Shown here: in pieces, positions 63,705 through 64,000 of the stretch
Layout: each line of letters starts with the position of its first letter
How positions within the stretch are numbered: the first letter of the stretch is position 1
DNA from: a virus
Length of the DNA stretch: 64,000 nt
Direction: 5' to 3' (one strand)
IMG/VR virus record: IMGVR_UViG_3300025324_000011
Coordinates: 1-64,000 of that record
Made by a program: the position numbers and the translations under genes
Notes under the pieces: model-generated
Told to the model about the DNA's origin: nothing
Database searches by the model: none
What the model saw: only the letters and a program-made list of their open reading frames with translations

Positions 63705-64000
63705 CTAAGATGCCGTCACCTTCAAGTCCACTTCCCAATGGTTGTAGAACGGGTTCATGAACGGCGCGGATTCCTTGATCCGGCCGCAGAACAGGTAGTC
63801 TAGGGGATAGACGGTTTCTTCGGGCTTGAAGTCTATTACCACGTCTTTCGAGGAACCACGCGCCCGACAGAACGGCTTGACGCTGCCCAAGGCTTCCGTA
63901 TCGCTCAACCCCCATATCTTGATTGTACCACTCACCTCCAACCTTCGTGGCCGCGGGCTTGCCTCTCCGCCCATGTCCACGGTCTCCACGACAGGTTCCT
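63705..64000 (-). CDS. putative tail protein, C-terminal part (runs off the window)
   Basis: Open frame upstream of the tail fibre. Confidence 0.45.
   Translation of the reverse strand, partial: EPVVETVDMGGEASPRPRRLEVSGTIKIWGLSDTEALGSVKPFCRARGSSKDVVIDFKPEETVYPLDYLFCGRIKESAPFMNPFYNHWEVDLKVTAS

Noticed and set aside
1-64000. DGR, retron, integrase/att sites, stop-codon recoding
   Set aside because: No reverse transcriptase, recombinase or TR/VR pair seen; all three stop codons end well-supported genes.

Overview
This window is a ~64 kb piece of a tailed dsDNA phage or prophage genome. No head, portal, integrase or recognisable endolysin gene is visible. From a divergent sigma70 promoter pair at ~27.4 kb, a mostly leftward arm carries recombination (PD-(D/E)XK nuclease, Gp3-like), replication (initiator, HNH, DnaC-like loader), DnaQ exonuclease and terminase genes, with an embedded rightward RNA-repair pair (CCA enzyme + RlaP-like nucleotidyltransferase). 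The rightward arm carries a J-domain/kinase-like + vWA + adenylosuccinate-synthetase-like operon, ParB-like protein, beta clamp, SNF2-like helicase, N4/N6 and C5 DNA methyltransferases, NADAR and a FEN-type exonuclease. Further right are a minus-strand membrane (lysis-like) cluster, a CCA-less tRNA-Lys, a block of small rightward genes, and tail-fibre genes. The most striking unexplained structure is non-coding. (1) A ~127 bp composite promoter occurs three times (33.2, 54.2, 60.5 kb) with near-identical spacing: three ATCCAA-N4-TTGGAT palindromes, two NrdR-like boxes 31 bp apart, then a sigma54 -24/-12 promoter. (2) Two tandem, boxA-associated, long-stemmed ~200-245 nt structured RNAs lead the leftward transcript. 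Other oddities are a scrambled TROVE/Ro60 remnant, a stand-alone ethylene-receptor-like membrane domain in the lysis-like cluster, a membrane-anchored RNAP alpha-CTD, and a frameshifted C5 MTase with an overlapping-frame ORF. All family assignments come from motif recognition by eye, not database searches.
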